A stretch of DNA of 58,132 nt, the filler included, from Sphacelaria rigidula (lineage: Eukaryota): NCBI GenBank assembly GCA_964200075.2. It is 3 parts of 3 records of this genome, joined end to end, with 100 filler letters (N's around TTAATTAATTAA, not from the genome) between each part and the next. Parts side by side here need not be neighbours in the genome. Positions count along the whole stretch, not along the records: positions 38,828 to 58,132 come from CAXNAA020000690.1; 2 more parts are not named here. One strand, given 5' to 3'. The translations under genes were made by a program, and so were the position numbers. The notes beneath the pieces are model-generated. The model ran no database searches. It worked only from the letters and a program-made list of their open reading frames with translations, and had not been told where the DNA came from. Positions 43,401 through 57,795 of this stretch are shown piece after piece (position 1 is the first letter of the stretch; every line of letters starts with the position of its first letter).

Positions 43401-46400
43401 GGGATGGGGTCACCCTGGACGAGTCAGATGAAAAACACAAACAGGAATACTCTTCTTGCACAGCTGACCGCGATATTACTGCTCCCATCTCGCAGTGCGA
43501 AACTTGACTCCCTTTCCTTCGCGCGATACGTTAGCTCTTGGCTACTCTGTGTTTCCTTGTAATACAGAGTAGATGTGAAGACATCGAGGATACGCGATGT
43601 GCGGAGGAAGAATTTGGGCGGGAGGATATCTTGCAAGAGCTCCAGAACGCTGTGGATGAGCTCGAAATAGAGGTTTGACTCAATAGACAAGGCGTACATA
43701 AGGATAACCGTTGCTACATACTCCATTCTAGTTTACACGGAGCTTCTCGTGGAGCACTGCGTTGAACGCTTAACCTAGTTTTGCTTTATACTATATGTTG
43801 ACGATTCATGCTGAGATCACTGTATCGTGACACATGCCCGTCTGAATTATTTGTCATGACAGGTGGAGAAACTGCGACAAGAAAACACCGAAGAGGATGA
43901 CGATCACGTCATCCTCGGAACTTGTCGTTTCTCGCGAGAGGGAAAAACCCGAAGCCCGGCCACACAGGTGAAAAAGAATCCTGCGATGCGTTCGCGCGTT
44001 TGGTCCGTTGACTTCATCCTTGGTCATTCGCTGTGAAAGATTCACATACTCTCTGACCTGGCACTGCGAATGATTTCCCACAGAGCCGAGACCTTCTGCT
44101 GTATCTCCCTGGGGTTGGTGGCCTTAACATCGAAGCGAGAGAACAGTTTGACTTTCTCTCGGCAAGTTTCGATACATGGTGCATGACCGTGGACGGGAGC
44201 GACAGGTCTTCGTTCGAAGATCTGTACCATGAGGTGAGAGAGTGGCTTGACCAGACGACGGCGTTTTCTTTTCTAAACCATGCCGTCCCTGCACTGTTTT
44301 CGAGGTGTTTTACAGCAGCCACCCACGGAATATCTTGCACCAAAAACTAAACCGCCAGCTCTTCAAGCATGATGGTTTCATCCTGCCACTGTGTCTCTCA
44401 AGCACGAAGGGTAGGCCACTGGAAATGCTCACGTGAGGGTGTGCCCGATGCTCATACTTCCGGGCAGATTCGTGAATTTTTGGACGTCGTGGGCGTTACC
44501 GAGGAGAGGCGAGCAGTACTCGTCGGCAGTTCCTTCGGGGGTCTACTGGCCTTAAAAATAGCCCACCAGGTGCGTAACGGGTATTTGGATTCCTGATGGT
44601 CAAGTGCCACTTAATTACGCCTGTAGGGGTGTTCCCTGCGCAGCATTGGACGGACGGAACAGTGGTCATTATTCGAGGGCAACTTGCATAGATCATTTTC
44701 CGCCTAACTGGTTTGAATGTGTCGAAAAATGGACACTATTACGTACCTTTATGTTCACCCCGCGTGGTCTCTCGTTGCCGCAGTGCAAGTCGCGGCTGCG
44801 GGGTCTGGTGTTGGTCAACCCGGCTACTTCTTTCAACGGGTCTGCCATACACAGGGTTGGGTCCTTCGTCGCCCACGCCCCGAGTCCGGAGATGTTTGGA
44901 GCAACAGCAGTTCTGGCCCTTGCGGCCTCCATCCCTGACACCGCAATGGTGAGAGTCATCGAGTATTTCGTTGACCACGACGGTGAAAGTGATATCTACC
45001 GATAGTATCTGTCTATGGAAGGGAAATCATTATATAGAATCGTCACATAGAAACTTCTCATTGCACATCCAGTGGACAAGATACCCACAGGACCTACATC
45101 TGGCCAAGTGGGCTCTGGAACGTGGTTTTCTGCCGCCTATAGACGGGACGAATGCAAGTAAACCCCACGGTTGCGGGCGCAGCAATGGGATTATGCGTAG
45201 CGGGGATACTCCAGCGAAAACGAATGAACACGTAAGTTTTCCCATCTGTTCTTACCCAGGCGTCAAGATATATGCGCGAATTCGAGGCCCTTCCTCCCCA
45301 GGAAGTTCCTGTACGCCTCAAGGATTTAGCTGATGAGTGGCTGGGCCTCACCATGGGACTTTTTTCTGGGACGGCTCAGGTGTGAACGCACGGTCTAAAA
45401 CAGGTCTTCGTCAGCAAAACAAAATCGCGGAAATATTTGTTTTCGAAGGAGGGATTAGGGGGACGGTTGCCTTATCGATTATCTCACATTAGCTGATCCG
45501 CGATAAACTAGCTGATCCGCCACGAATACAGCGATCGCAAGATAAACGCACATAAGTCAATAAACGGAAATGCGCGTCGCAGGAGGGTCGAAAAAGGGAC
45601 GAAAAACGAAAAAAAGAGGGACACACAAAACGAGCGATCCCGAGGGAACCTCCCACAGCTCCCCGCCAGCTCAGGGTAAGATGCCATGCAATGGACAAAG
45701 CTGTAGGAGCAAGTTGCGACTCAATCATCTGAAAAACGCGCTATCTTGAGATCCGAAGTCATCGCACCCCCCTCGACCGTAGCACCCTCGATTGATACCG
45801 CACAGTGAGGATTGTTGCGAACGAGTTTTATGAGTTTCGGAACCCCCAGTGGTGGCCACACTAGGTACGATAATAAAGAGCGGTGCAAGTGAGAACACTG
45901 GTGGCAGTCTTTATGGGCACTCCTTCCGAGTTGCTTCAATGTCGTGGGTACCACTTTGGAAGGAGGTTAGGGTTGTATCGGCACGAAAGAGCGACATGAA
46001 CGGAGAACAACTTTCTTTTTCATTGCGTTGTCGATCTCCTCCCTTCCGTTTCGTGAAAACAAAACGTGCATACACATCTAACATATATCTTCGAACTATA
46101 TGTGTTGATTTCACACAAAAACGTACCGCGAAAAGTTCACGCCTGACTCGTGCATTATTATTGCAAGCTCATTCCCGAGTATAGCTACGTCGGTTGTTGA
46201 ACTACGCTTTGATTTGTGGTCTGCGTAGTCTTCCCTACCAGTTGCTTGTGGTTGAGATTTTTGTGTGTAACAGGCTTCATGTGAAAACGATCATGTTAGA
46301 GTTGGCATCGTGTAAATAGTGTGTGTGTACCTTATTCGAATCATGTGAATATATTGTAGGATTTCGAAGAAGGAGCCGGCTGTAACCCAAAGTAAGAAAC

Positions 46401-49400
46401 CAAGATCAACATGAACAATTCTGTCGTACTACACTGTATGGTGGCACTATGCCGATGTTCCCTCAAGGCACCGCGAGTGAGGCACAATGTTTTTATAGGT
46501 TATTTCATGGATGCACAAGAAGCACTGTATATACACGCCACAGCAATGGCCATCGTGATATTTGCTCGGCCCCGTAGTCGCCGACCAACTGACGCGTTGG
46601 TCAACAAAGTCAAGGAATCTTTCTCCATAGTGATGAAGTGTTCTACATCACTGCAAACAAGGTGATACGTGAAGATGTCGGAACTGGTATCGTGTTCTTG
46701 GTAAGAAAAGGGCAACGCAACTCTAATCGGTGGCGTTTCATGTGTCGCGCTGAACTACCGGAAACTTCCAACAAATTAGTTTACCGTGCAGTACTCAGTA
46801 CTGTTGAAGTTAACTTCCTGTTCACATCGTCTGGTATAGTTACACCCCTTCCTAAACCTGTCAGGAGTTTTTTGGATTGCGGATCCGATGCGCCATCGCC
46901 TCCCCTGCTGCGCGGGAGTTCTACTGTGGTACCTGCCTCCGTGATTATCACCCCCCTCTGTTATAGCACCGCACGGTCTGTCACGACCGAGTTTTATTTC
47001 GTTTTCCACGGGATGCGATAACCCCGGGCTTACCGGCATTCGGCAGGAGTTCTCACACATTGATTGTGAAAAATAAGGGCGATCACAAACGACGATTGGG
47101 CAGAAGAGGGAGAACCACGAAAAAAGTAGAGAAACAAGAGAAGACAGAAAATATATCTTCTGAAAAGTCATGTGAAAGACGAGCAAGGACTACGAGCCAG
47201 GTAGAACTCAACTAACCTATAGGACAGGACGAAGCGCGGGTATCAGTCCCGTGCACTCCATCCTCTCCTCATTCCTAGCCACGGATAAAAGTGAAATCCT
47301 CTCTTGATCATTCCATCATGGGTTCCTCGCGCGAGGTATTAGCGTCATTGCGACGTTCTGATCACATTTTTTCACCTCCAGTCGAGACAAAACGATGAAC
47401 ATGTGACCCTGCCGACCATCGTGGAACACAGGAAACGCTTCGATGGCGGCTGAAACATTGGCTGGGAGAAGGGACGCAAGAAGTGGAACCACTTTTGTGC
47501 GAGATCACCCTACCTGTTCTCGTCCTAGCTGGTGGCGAGGATCACATACTCCCTTCGGTGGACGAAGCTGAACGATTGAGCCATCTGATCCCCAGCTGTC
47601 AAAAGGCACGTCAAACGAGGAAATATGATTGTATCACCTTGTCACTTTGTCCCATAGCAATGCTCTTGTCAGCTACAACATTGCGGTATAAATGTACAGG
47701 ATAAGGTTACAAATTGGCGCATACCGTTAGATCTTCGATCTTCGTTTAACTTTCGTGCGAGAAGGCAGAGAGAGGAAAACACACTCAATCTGGAGTACTG
47801 TACGTTCATGGTTCGCTGGTAAAGCTACGTAGGTCGTTCCTCATAGCGTCGGTATCTTGTTGGCACGTGGGCGCATTTCTTGTACACACTATGGTCAACT
47901 CGACACGATTCTGCCATCACTTTACCTTATCGATAAACGAGTTGAGCATCTCAATACATGACGACCTGGGGTGTGCCTCTTTCTTCCCACCTGCCTCTGC
48001 GTAATTTGCTCTCTCGAAATGCTCTCTGGTTGTGGGTGCAGATCATTCTACGCGGCGTTGGTCATGCCGCACTTCACGACCCCGGAGAGGTAGACCTGCG
48101 TAAGTTGATATCGTCGTCCGTGTTGTATGACGACATTCTGCTTGCCCGCGTACTCAAGAGCAAGGGAGCCAAGTTAGCCTCCGAGCGACGATATAAGGTG
48201 AAAAACAGTACTCGTTGTCGGACTGCACACGGGCCAATTTTTACGGCTCATCAGCTCTTTTTTGTCTTGCAGCGGCAAATCGTTCAAGATACCACTAGAA
48301 ACATGACGGGGTTGGGAAAAACACGCACAAGAAAATATCTCATTGGAATGAGAGCAGTTTCCTACCCTGAATAGTCTTGGGGTAACTAGGGGTATCAGGG
48401 TGTGGAGTAATGCACGCCTGAGGCTCCGTAGTATTTAATGTGCCTAGTAAATCCCAAGTACACCTAAGGTATCTCGCGCACAATCCGCCGTATTCCGAAA
48501 CTACAGAGATTGTGACGGTACCGAAGGAGACGATCAACATATACTATCTATTGCTCGCCACAACATGGGCGTCGTACTTTATTTTCTCCAATATTAGTAG
48601 AATAATGGTGTAAATGGAGCCAGTGCAGTACGACACTGTTGTTGACTGAATGGATTGATCCTAGACCGTCTGTGTGGGAACTAGACTACAATTTACTGGA
48701 CAGTCGATTGCACCCAACCCCCTTCTTTTTCTCTCTCTCTCCCTCTCTCTGCCCAACCTTGTCGGCACTAGACTACCAAAGAGAGAACAACTATATCTCG
48801 ACACGGACGACATCCTTGAGCGCGCAGAGACAGTTAGTTCAAACTACGCGTTGTAATATGGTGCACATGCTTCAAGAAGTAAATTCAAATGGTACAATTA
48901 CTCCAACACACCCTTGTACTTCTGCGCAAACCAATGTAGTAGCTCCGGTGCCCATCGTAGTGCGTTGGCTCCAGCTTCATGTCCACGCTATTTCCGGTGC
49001 ACGTTGATCTCATATCGAAACGACAGGAGGACATGATCGGCAACGGGAAAAACGGCAAGCAGCAACATACTACGAGCGACCCGATGATGGACTTTAAGCT
49101 GGACATGGGCGATGCGACGGTCGAACTGGCATGGAAAACCGCCCAGGTCCCGTCGCCGAGTTTTCGCACATCCTTGGTGGACATATTGCGATTGTTGGTG
49201 TAGAATGTTTTTTGTTTATTGGGAAATCATGAAATGTCCCTCATGAAGTATCTTATACCGACTTGGTCTATGTTCCGTGGCTTATTCGATTTGTTTTGTC
49301 ACTACGGAAAATCTGTTGCAACAGCACTATGAGTACACGTACTCGAAGTTGTACATGTTGTAACTGCATGGATAGGACTGTGTCAGCGTACCCACATACT

Positions 49401-52400
49401 CACAGTTTGTCGTCGCTCATTCGGACTCCATAGCGATTGCATGAGAGTCGCTCTTTCACGAATCGCGAATAGGCTCGGTGAGGGTGTGTGTTCAAGTCGA
49501 CTACTCGAGAAGCACTCCAGACGAGAAAAGTGTGGGGTCGACAAAATAGTGCCTTCAGCATTCGTGTATGATGTCCCTTCTTGACGGTTTTTTCGAGAAT
49601 TGAAAACTAGTACAATTCAGTTACCGTCTGAAACAACAGCGAGAGAATTGTCAAGCGTCCTGCAAGTCCTGCCTAAGCAATTTAACAACAACGTTCTTAC
49701 TCACGTGTTCGTCGTGCCTTTTGTCTCGCACTTGTATCTTGTGCATACCATCAGTCGGGGGTGCAGATTGGCAACCCCGCTCGAGAAGAATTTCTCGCAG
49801 TGATTTGGAATGAGAAATCTTGCTTTAACGTATACTGTTACTGCTCTTCCTCGCACATGCAGGTCATGGATCGCTTCACCAGCCCGGTATTTCTGTCGAT
49901 GAACGAGAGTGGTCAGCTAGAAGACGGCCTAGGAGGCGTTCCAGACTTCCAGGAAGGTCGTTCCATTTTGTTCGTGGGCAACCACCAGCTCCTTGGGATC
50001 GACATGCCCATTCTCGTAAGTCATCTGCGGTCGAGGAATCTCGCAGCAGAACTACCAATAAAATGTCAAAGTTCCCATAATGTGCAACGGGCGAGTTCCT
50101 TCCCTCGTTCTCCCCCAGTCTCACATGTGTTTGGTTTTGGAATACTATGAAGGATATATTGTTATCAATAATTGAAATATTGTGCTGTTCAGCCAAGGAC
50201 AGATCAAAACTTTCTTTATAAAGCTATCTACATTATGTAGGAGATTTCACGTCCTCTGACGTGCTGCACAACGTGGTCACCGTTTGGTTCGGTGCCACTG
50301 TTACTGTGATAACCCTCCGATTCCTCTCTGCTCTGGACGACGGGCTGTAAAAACAAGGTGAGAAAGCTCCTCGTGGAAAAAAACATACTCGTTCGTGGGC
50401 TGGCTCACCCAATGGTATCAGGTTCGCGCGACACGGACTTCCTGGGGAAGATGAAACAAAATCAGGCCGAGCAAGAACAGGTGACTTGAAGAACCACACG
50501 AAGAGGGAGACTGTCTCCGCGCAGCAATACGCAGGCGAACCCGCGTACCAATGATCTCTCCATGTCTGGCTTGTTGTGGGTTCCATCTATAGTTCGCGAC
50601 TCATAGGCTAAGGCGGGAAAGTGCTCGTGTAGTATCGAATAACCGACTTCGTCGGCATCACTTCTGTGCTACACTAAAGTCGGTGATCACATTTCCGATC
50701 ATATCGCCAGCCATTATTTCGCCGTAATATCTACACCAACCCTTCCCACGCATATCACGTCGCGTAGGAAGCTGCTTGTAACCCCCCGGGCGTAACCCTA
50801 ACCTGGTATACCTGTTTTGTCCCTCATTCCCAATCTGTAACGTAAGGAGGTGTCGCTGCTGCCTCATCCCAATCGAATTATCTTGAAATAGGCTGACTGT
50901 GATAGTGCAAGGAGGCCTGTCCGTGCCGTGAGGAAAGTCGCTTCGTCGGTTGTCCACGTGGTCGGGGCCGCGGCCGGTCGGACTGAGGCGGCCGGCCTTA
51001 CCGGAGTCCGTGGTGTCGTCGGGGCCGCGAAAAGCGTTACTTCAACGGCCTCCTCTGTATTGAATCGGGTCGTTCGTGGGAAGCGGAAAGGTTAGAAGGA
51101 TGAACTAGATGGATCCATATTATCAGTGCCGCAAAGGCACTCAACCGAATGACCGCTGACACCAAGCAACCCACCCCGCCAATGATTCAATTGAGACGGA
51201 GGACGAGTATTCATCGTGTTCGGACAAGGATCGCTTCACTCGAGATATCACCGGAGAAATCAAGACACCAAGAGTGTAGTCTAATAGGCTTTGCTACAAA
51301 ACAGCTCGAAATGGGTTCGAGGAGGGCAAATATATTGTCTCTCCCCGAGAAACGTCTGCCTTACGGGTATCCCTTCAAGATCTTCTCGTGGAGCATAATC
51401 GCGAGAATTGTATCCTGTTCGAAGGTTGGTCATTCGTGCTTCATGATTGGTGTTACGAACAATATGAAACGACAACCGTGTCGCAAATTCGCTTGCTTCA
51501 CAGGATCCAGGCCGCCCAACATGCACTCATGCCACATGCGTGCACGTGCGAAGTGCGCTCACGAGGACTTCGATGTTCTGGTCGTCAGCGGTATGGGGTA
51601 ACTTTCCCGTGGTGTGGAGGTGCCATTGCGTAGCCAAGCTTCGTACACAGTTTTAAGAGACGCAAGGTATCGGTTCCTCGAGGATCAAGACCGCCAACGA
51701 TGGCACGAACAGCAGGCAGTTTCCACCGTCCTTACTGCGTACTTTAACGCAAAAATGAAGGCTTTTAGTTTGTCTCGTTTAACTTCCCATCGCCTCACAG
51801 AATCTCTACAGTACCTGATTACGCGCACTTTTGAACGTCAGGAGGTGGAGGCGATAACAATGACAGAGGTTTCCAACGCCACGAACAGTCGCCGTCGACA
51901 CTGAGAGAGAGGGTGAGCGTGATACTATCCAAGCTCGGCGCAGTTTCGGTTACTCCGCAAAATATGCTGGCACTTCTCAGAGCTGGGGAATCCGTTCTGC
52001 TTTATCCAGGCGGTGCGAAGGAGGCACTGCACCAAAAGGTGATAATCCTAGACCAGCTGCGGCTTTCAAGTGCACACATACACAAGCCCGGCGCGTTTAA
52101 TATCATAATGGGACCCAATATACATGCTCGAGACGTTACAATGACCACTTGAAGAGGGCATACCATACCACTGCAATCAGAGGGTGCATGGTTTCCCGGT
52201 TCCGTACGCTTGGCATCGCAATCGCTCCGACCTTGTAGCATTAATATTTGGCGTGCGACTTGAACATTCTGCGGTCGTTTGGCAAAACATGACTAAACTT
52301 CGTCTTGCTGCACCTTATGATTCACAAAGCAAGTGCCTCAACATAGTAATCAAACAGTGCAAGAGAGGAATCCCCTTACACCACTCACAATACCCGCCCA

Positions 52401-54861
52401 TATCCGCCACCTTGCCATGTAATTCTTCGTGACTGCCGATGTAGGGGGAAGAGTATCAAATATTCTGGCCACAAAAGGGAGAGTTCGTCCGCATGGCTGC
52501 AGCTTGCAACGCCACCATAGTTCCGTTTGCGGCAGTTGGTGCAGCAGACAGGTACGGCGCGATATTAATCGGCAACACTTCCTGCCGGCACTGCAGCTCC
52601 CGGTTTTCGTTCTTCGTCCAACACCCCCAGCGGCAAGTCCCCGATCGATGAAAAATGTTTGATCACACGAGAAGATGGGGTCTTCCATGACGGCAAAATG
52701 CGGGTGGTGTTTGTGGTGCTTATTTGTTGACTTCTTCATAGCACTTGAGTAGCAACTACTACTATAGGTCGCAACAAGCAGATTTCAAGGAAGGATACAA
52801 TGTTTTCGTTCCTGTCGAGTATCTGCGAGTCGTCCACAACAAACACACAACATCATCATTCACTTGACCTTCGGAAAAGCCCATCCACTCCACCCCTTAC
52901 CAACGAATCTCATCCTCCCGGTTACATCACACGTATTACTGAAAAACATATGTTGAATGAAAATTGACGTACTGCAGAGACACTGATTCACTGGTCGATG
53001 AAGAATCGTCAGGCAAGTGCTGGGGGAGACACGGGCTAATCCCTTCAGGTCACGGACTCGTCCTACCGAAGGGAGGGGGGGGCGTACTCATTTGTTGCTT
53101 GCCTTAGTCATTTGACCATTGACCACGCATCCCTTTCGAGACGGAGCACTACCGAAGGGAGGGGGGGGAGGGGGGGGGGATTGACCGCATGCCTACAAAA
53201 AACTGCTGAAAAATGAAGGAGTGCGAGCGAAAACGATACCTGATTACAAGGCGCATGCCCCCCCCAACTCCCCTTCCCGCGCGCGCAATGTCTCAATCGG
53301 TTGACCCAGTATGGAGATTTTGATGGATCTGGATGATATATTCTCGTTGCCCTTCGGCCTTGGAGAACAGTTACACACCGCCGCGGGCTTCATGCCCCGT
53401 GCTCGAGGGTCAGACGAAGACGAGTACTTCGTACCACCATTGGCGCTACCTAAGGTATTCAGTACATGAGAAAAAGTTTTGCCACCTTGATGCAGACACG
53501 ATTTTCCGCTGCCCGCTATGAGGTTTCCATTGTGAGTTCATTGTGCCTCCGGCTGGAATTGTACCCGGGGATGTTATATTGGCAAAACTGTTTTCTAGAA
53601 CGTTCTGCATGCGCAGTATCACTACCAACCATTAATTGGGTCACCCTCCGCCGAAACAGGGCGTACAAACGGTCGGAGCCGCGCAACTTGACGTACGTGC
53701 AAACCTTGTTATTTTTTCCGGCTGTCAGGTACCGGCACGACATTACTTCGTGTTTGGAAGGCCGATAGACACCACAGCGGTGGACAAAAGCGACCGAGAA
53801 GCGTGCCAGAAGGTATACGATCGAGCGAAACTCTCTGTGGAGTCAGGCATAGACTATCTCCTGGAAGCCCGAGAGCAAGACCCCTACGGCTACGGCGCCA
53901 AGAGGCTAATGTACGAGACCGTCTTGAGAACACAGGTAAGTCACCACCACAGTCAGTCGTAGAGACAAACCGAGATTGACGAGCATTACGGGTTTCATAT
54001 GTGGGAGTTTTCCAGAGGCGGGTTCCGCGGTTAAGATTAGTTGCTTCTCCCTCCTTGGGAAAAAAAACAAAACAAATCGACTTCACGGTTCGCTCTGAAA
54101 CGACGAAAAAATAGGTTCTCAAACATCCGAGAAAAATATATGTATATTGTCTTCCCCTTGATTTTTTTTCGCCGTGTTCCCGACCTTGTTTTTCTTGGAT
54201 CACCTCGCCAATCGCTTTCGCTTGGCCGATTTAGGGGAGTAGAGTCACTTAGGAAATTGTTCCGAAAAACTCGAGGTGGGAACCGAGAATAAAAAATCCC
54301 GGGAAATTTGAAATTGCTCATCCAGGGTCAGCTTTTGGGCAGCTGCAACTCGATTGTAAAGCAAGACTAGGACATTCCAATGATATTTTCGTGATCCCCA
54401 TCCCAATATTACCCTATTTCGGAGCCTGGAGAGTTTGAATCAACGTGTGGATCGTTTTCCTCGGGATGGGGATTATTCAGTGTATTCCCTAGTAAATCCA
54501 ATGTTGTCCCCACATTTTTGCATATATCATTGCGCAGCTGTATCATGGTCACATCGATCCCGATCAAAATTCTCACGACGGATTCGTGATCTACACCCCA
54601 AAATTACCTTGACCTGAGAGTGATGCTACGGTAGGGGTACAGAAATAATTTCTGAGGTTAGAATTGTTAGGAGCTCCTTATCTCATCCGAAACACGACTG
54701 TCCCTCGTGAATGATGCTTCAACTTCATTTGCGCGCTTTCGATCGCGCAGGCACCCACATTTCCCCTGGATGCAGCGACCACTGACGGCTTTGGGTGTGT
54801 CGGAGAGCACAAGAAGGATAACACCGAAACAAGTGTTCGTGTTCAACGAAGCCAAGGGTGA
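40471..54861 (+). CDS. Phytyl-ester-synthase-like esterase/lipase + DGAT-type acyltransferase, multi-exon, probably plastid-targeted
   Basis: Phase-compatible exons: 40471-40908, 43863-43967, 44084-44233 (LLYLPG, DRSSFEDL), 44468-44569 (GSSFGG), 44784-44948 (LVNPATSF), 45260-45379, 47432-47605 (ETLRWRL, EDHILPS), 48042-48197 (GHA), 49027-49146, 49863-50015 (SPVFLS, FVGNHQLLGID), 50358-50421? (RGLAHP), 51842-52038 (LLYPGGAKEALH), 52445-52551 (FWP, FVRMAA, IVPF), 53310-53454, 53729-53935 (YFVFGRPI, DPY), 54751-54861 (APTF...stop). Small exons may be missed. Confidence 0.88.
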
Positions 54862-55601
54862 TGAGATCAGCTCAAACCATCGTGAACTTACAGCAGGAAA
54901 ATAACTTATTCAGCTGCACCATGCTCAATTCATCCGATCCGGTTGGCATTCAAAAGTCATGGACAATGACAGCACCAAGGGTGCCGCAAATTTTGAGCGC
55001 ATGCGGCTGAAGTGACGATGCGCTGAAACCTCACAATCTGAGCATGACAGGGCTACCCATCTAAGGTGGTTCCGATGCACAACACCAAGCTTCCGAGTAG
55101 ACAACCATCGGAAGGCTGTCATATTATACCGTCGTCAATACGTGTAACCTCAAACCTACAACAGTCGGTAAGGCGGTCGACATCGCTTCAACTAAAATGG
55201 GGTGCTCAAATATTGCAGCGTCACATTACCCTCGGTGTTCATGGCTATCGGTGATGGTCGATCGGGGGTAGAAACAAACATTGACGACGACACCGAACTA
55301 GCAGGAACTCTATGATAGGAGCAAGAAAATGAGAAAACCATTCAAAATACACGAGCAGTAGTACAAATGTAAAGTGAATCATTGTCATACAGTAGTCCCG
55401 TCTCACACCCCAACAACACTCTGCGCGGACGCGGGTGTTCGTGGCACATACTATTTCCCTCTATAGGCGGGGTACCACGACTTAATACTCACGAAGTATG
55501 CACAAGTGGAACCCTGTACCTTGCTATGCACATATCGACAATTTATACCCTGAATACCGCACAAGACGCGTTTGTAAACAGAAATCCAACGCCGTTGCGT
55601 A

Positions 55602-56299
55602 TCACCCTCTCTCGTACGAAAGGCCTGGCTCCTCCGCGATCTCGTGTCCATCGAGGTCGATAAGGACACTACTTTCTCCATCCGCGTCACTGTCGACAGC
55701 ACAATGATCCCGGTCCGACGAAAAAATCTCTTCGTTCGCAGCCATGGACAGCTGAGCGCGGAGCTCACTCATGAGATCTTGACCGTCTACAGTCTCGCAG
55801 ACAGGCATGTGCGACCTCGCCGGCTCCGGCGGCGGCGAGGCAAGAGGGGGAGTGATACCTTCCAAACCATCAGGCCCCAAGTCCTCTCCGTCTTCCTGTT
55901 CTACCTTGTCCTTCTGCTTTTCTTCGTCATTTTGCGCTTCCTGCTCCTCGCTATCTAGCGAGAGTTGGCTCTCCAGGGGAAGACGCTTCTCCAAGGTTGG
56001 TGGAAGAGGCCTTGCGCGCAGCACAGAACCAAGCTCTCCGAGCAGCTGGGAACGAGAGCGCTCGTTCTCCAACTCCACGGGATTGGCGCAGAAACTGGCG
56101 CTGTCGTCCCCTTCGTCGCGACTGCGACCGGGAGACGCCACTGCGACAAGCACGTCCGTCACTGCAGCCGGAGGCAAGTCCTGTGGCTTTTGGGTCGATT
56201 CTTGTTCGCCATTTCTGTCCTCGAAGACCCCCGGATTTTCCCGTCGTGGTGTCGTTAACGACACCCATCCCACCCCACTCTCGAGATGACGAGAAACGT
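55602..56299 (-). CDS. Terminal exon of an unidentified acidic/Pro-rich eukaryotic protein
   Basis: Open frame of about 230 codons with coding-like composition, candidate acceptor TTCGCCTCCAG ending at 56300, stop at 55602; convergent with the acyltransferase gene. Confidence 0.55.
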
Positions 56300-56456
56300 C
56301 TGGAGGCGAACAGCACCACGGGGTGGGTGGGAAGGGAGAGTTGGCGTCTCTTGCAACAAATCAGACGATGGCAGTTGTTGGAACAGCTGGCTCCTTCCAG
56401 CGCTAAACTACGGATAGTCTTCTCTGACGAAGGTATATACGAAGTGCAGTATACGG

Positions 56457-56912
56457 GGACACCTGTGTTCTTCTTCTGGCTAGAAACGAGGCAAATATTT
56501 TCATTCTTGGAATCGGCATCATGGTCAATTGAAAAAGGTCACGAGGCGCTAAAAACAACGGCTTCTATTTCAGACTTGAGTCGGTAGCTGGTTGGCCCGG
56601 TGGCTCAATTGATAACCTCGAAACCTTCCGACAGTTGGGTCGTGAGTTCGAATCTCGGTGCAGTCACACGATCTGGAATTTTATCTCACACCGTACCCAC
56701 AACAGTGGAGAGCGACTATGTCGTGGGGGTAGACACAATTCGACAATCTGTGTTTTTGGTTTGCGGTGACAATGAGTTCCCCGCGTTCACCTTTGATTGT
56801 GTTGGGTCGTTGGTCATGTGCCCCTAAGCATGAGCCTCAGTTATCAGGACACCTATGTTCCTCTTCTGGCTAGAAACGAGGCAAATCTTTTCATTTTTGG
56901 AATCGGCATCAT
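56457..56912 (+). mobile_element. SINE-like element with tRNA-type internal promoter, flanked by 66-bp direct repeats
   Basis: A-box TGGCTCAATTG (56601) and B-box GTTCGAATC (56646). GGACACCT.TGTTC.TCTTCTGGCTAGAAACGAGGCAAAT...GGAATCGGCATCAT occurs at 56457 and 56847. Confidence 0.55.
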
Positions 56913-56928
56913 CATCACTCAAAATAAG

Positions 56929-57795
56929 CAGGGAGGGTTACGTGATACGTGACACAGCGTGACACGTGACGTGAATGTTACGTTTTGGGCGTTATGTTAC
57001 GTTCACGTCAAAATTTTTCAACGTGATGAGCGTCACGTTCACGTAACGTTAAATTTCCAGATGGCACGTTCACGTAACGTTAAATTTTACGAACGTGACA
57101 AGTGTCACGTGTCACGTTACGTTAAATTGCCCAAACGTTCAAATCACGTACTATGTAACGTTTCATGTCACGTGTCACGTGTCTTGTACGTGACACGTGG
57201 CATGAAACACTACATATTACGTTACACGTTACATATATATATTTTCTTTCCATCGTTTTATTTTATGTTATCATATTTTTGCTTTGTACTTTCCTCTTGT
57301 TTTCCTTTTTCTTGTTTTAGGTCGGCCATTTCTTTCTGTGCTTCGCTTGTGTTGACTTTCTATTTTTTTTGTCACGACTCAGTCTGCTATGTCGTTCTGT
57401 TCGACCCCTCTTTTTTTCTTTCTCTGTTCTTTGTTTTTCTTCTGTTCCTTCTATGTTGTTCTTCCTCAGAGCGTGTTTCAAAATTCATTGCAGGTTGAAG
57501 TGTTCACCGCTTCATGTAACGTGTTTATGACGCATCATTTTGATTTGATTGATCGATTGATTGATTGATTGATTGCCGCACTTTAATTGACCCCCCAGGG
57601 GTCCAGCTGTGGTCTCATTATAGACATACCCAAGAAAAACGAAACGTCACGATACATTCGAACGTGACACGTGTCAATGTGACGTTACATCATACGTGAC
57701 ACGTGATAATATCACGTTACATATTACGTAACATGTAACGTAACGTCACGTTAAATTTTCAGATGGCACGTTCACGTGTCACGTAACCCTCCCTG
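56929..57795. mobile_element. hAT-type MITE with ACGT-rich subterminal repeats
   Basis: 17-bp perfect TIR CAGGGAGGGTTACGTGA; flanks AAAATAAG / AAAATACG (8-bp TSD, 1 mismatch). Contains a nested (TTGA)n LINE tail fragment at about 57540-57645. Confidence 0.85.

Noticed and set aside
56594-56665. tRNA gene
   Set aside because: A and B boxes are present, but I could not form a convincing acceptor stem or cloverleaf; it is embedded in a repeat.
56959-57498. 179-aa hydrophobic ORF
   Set aside because: It lies inside the MITE; the hydrophobicity comes from T-rich low-complexity DNA.
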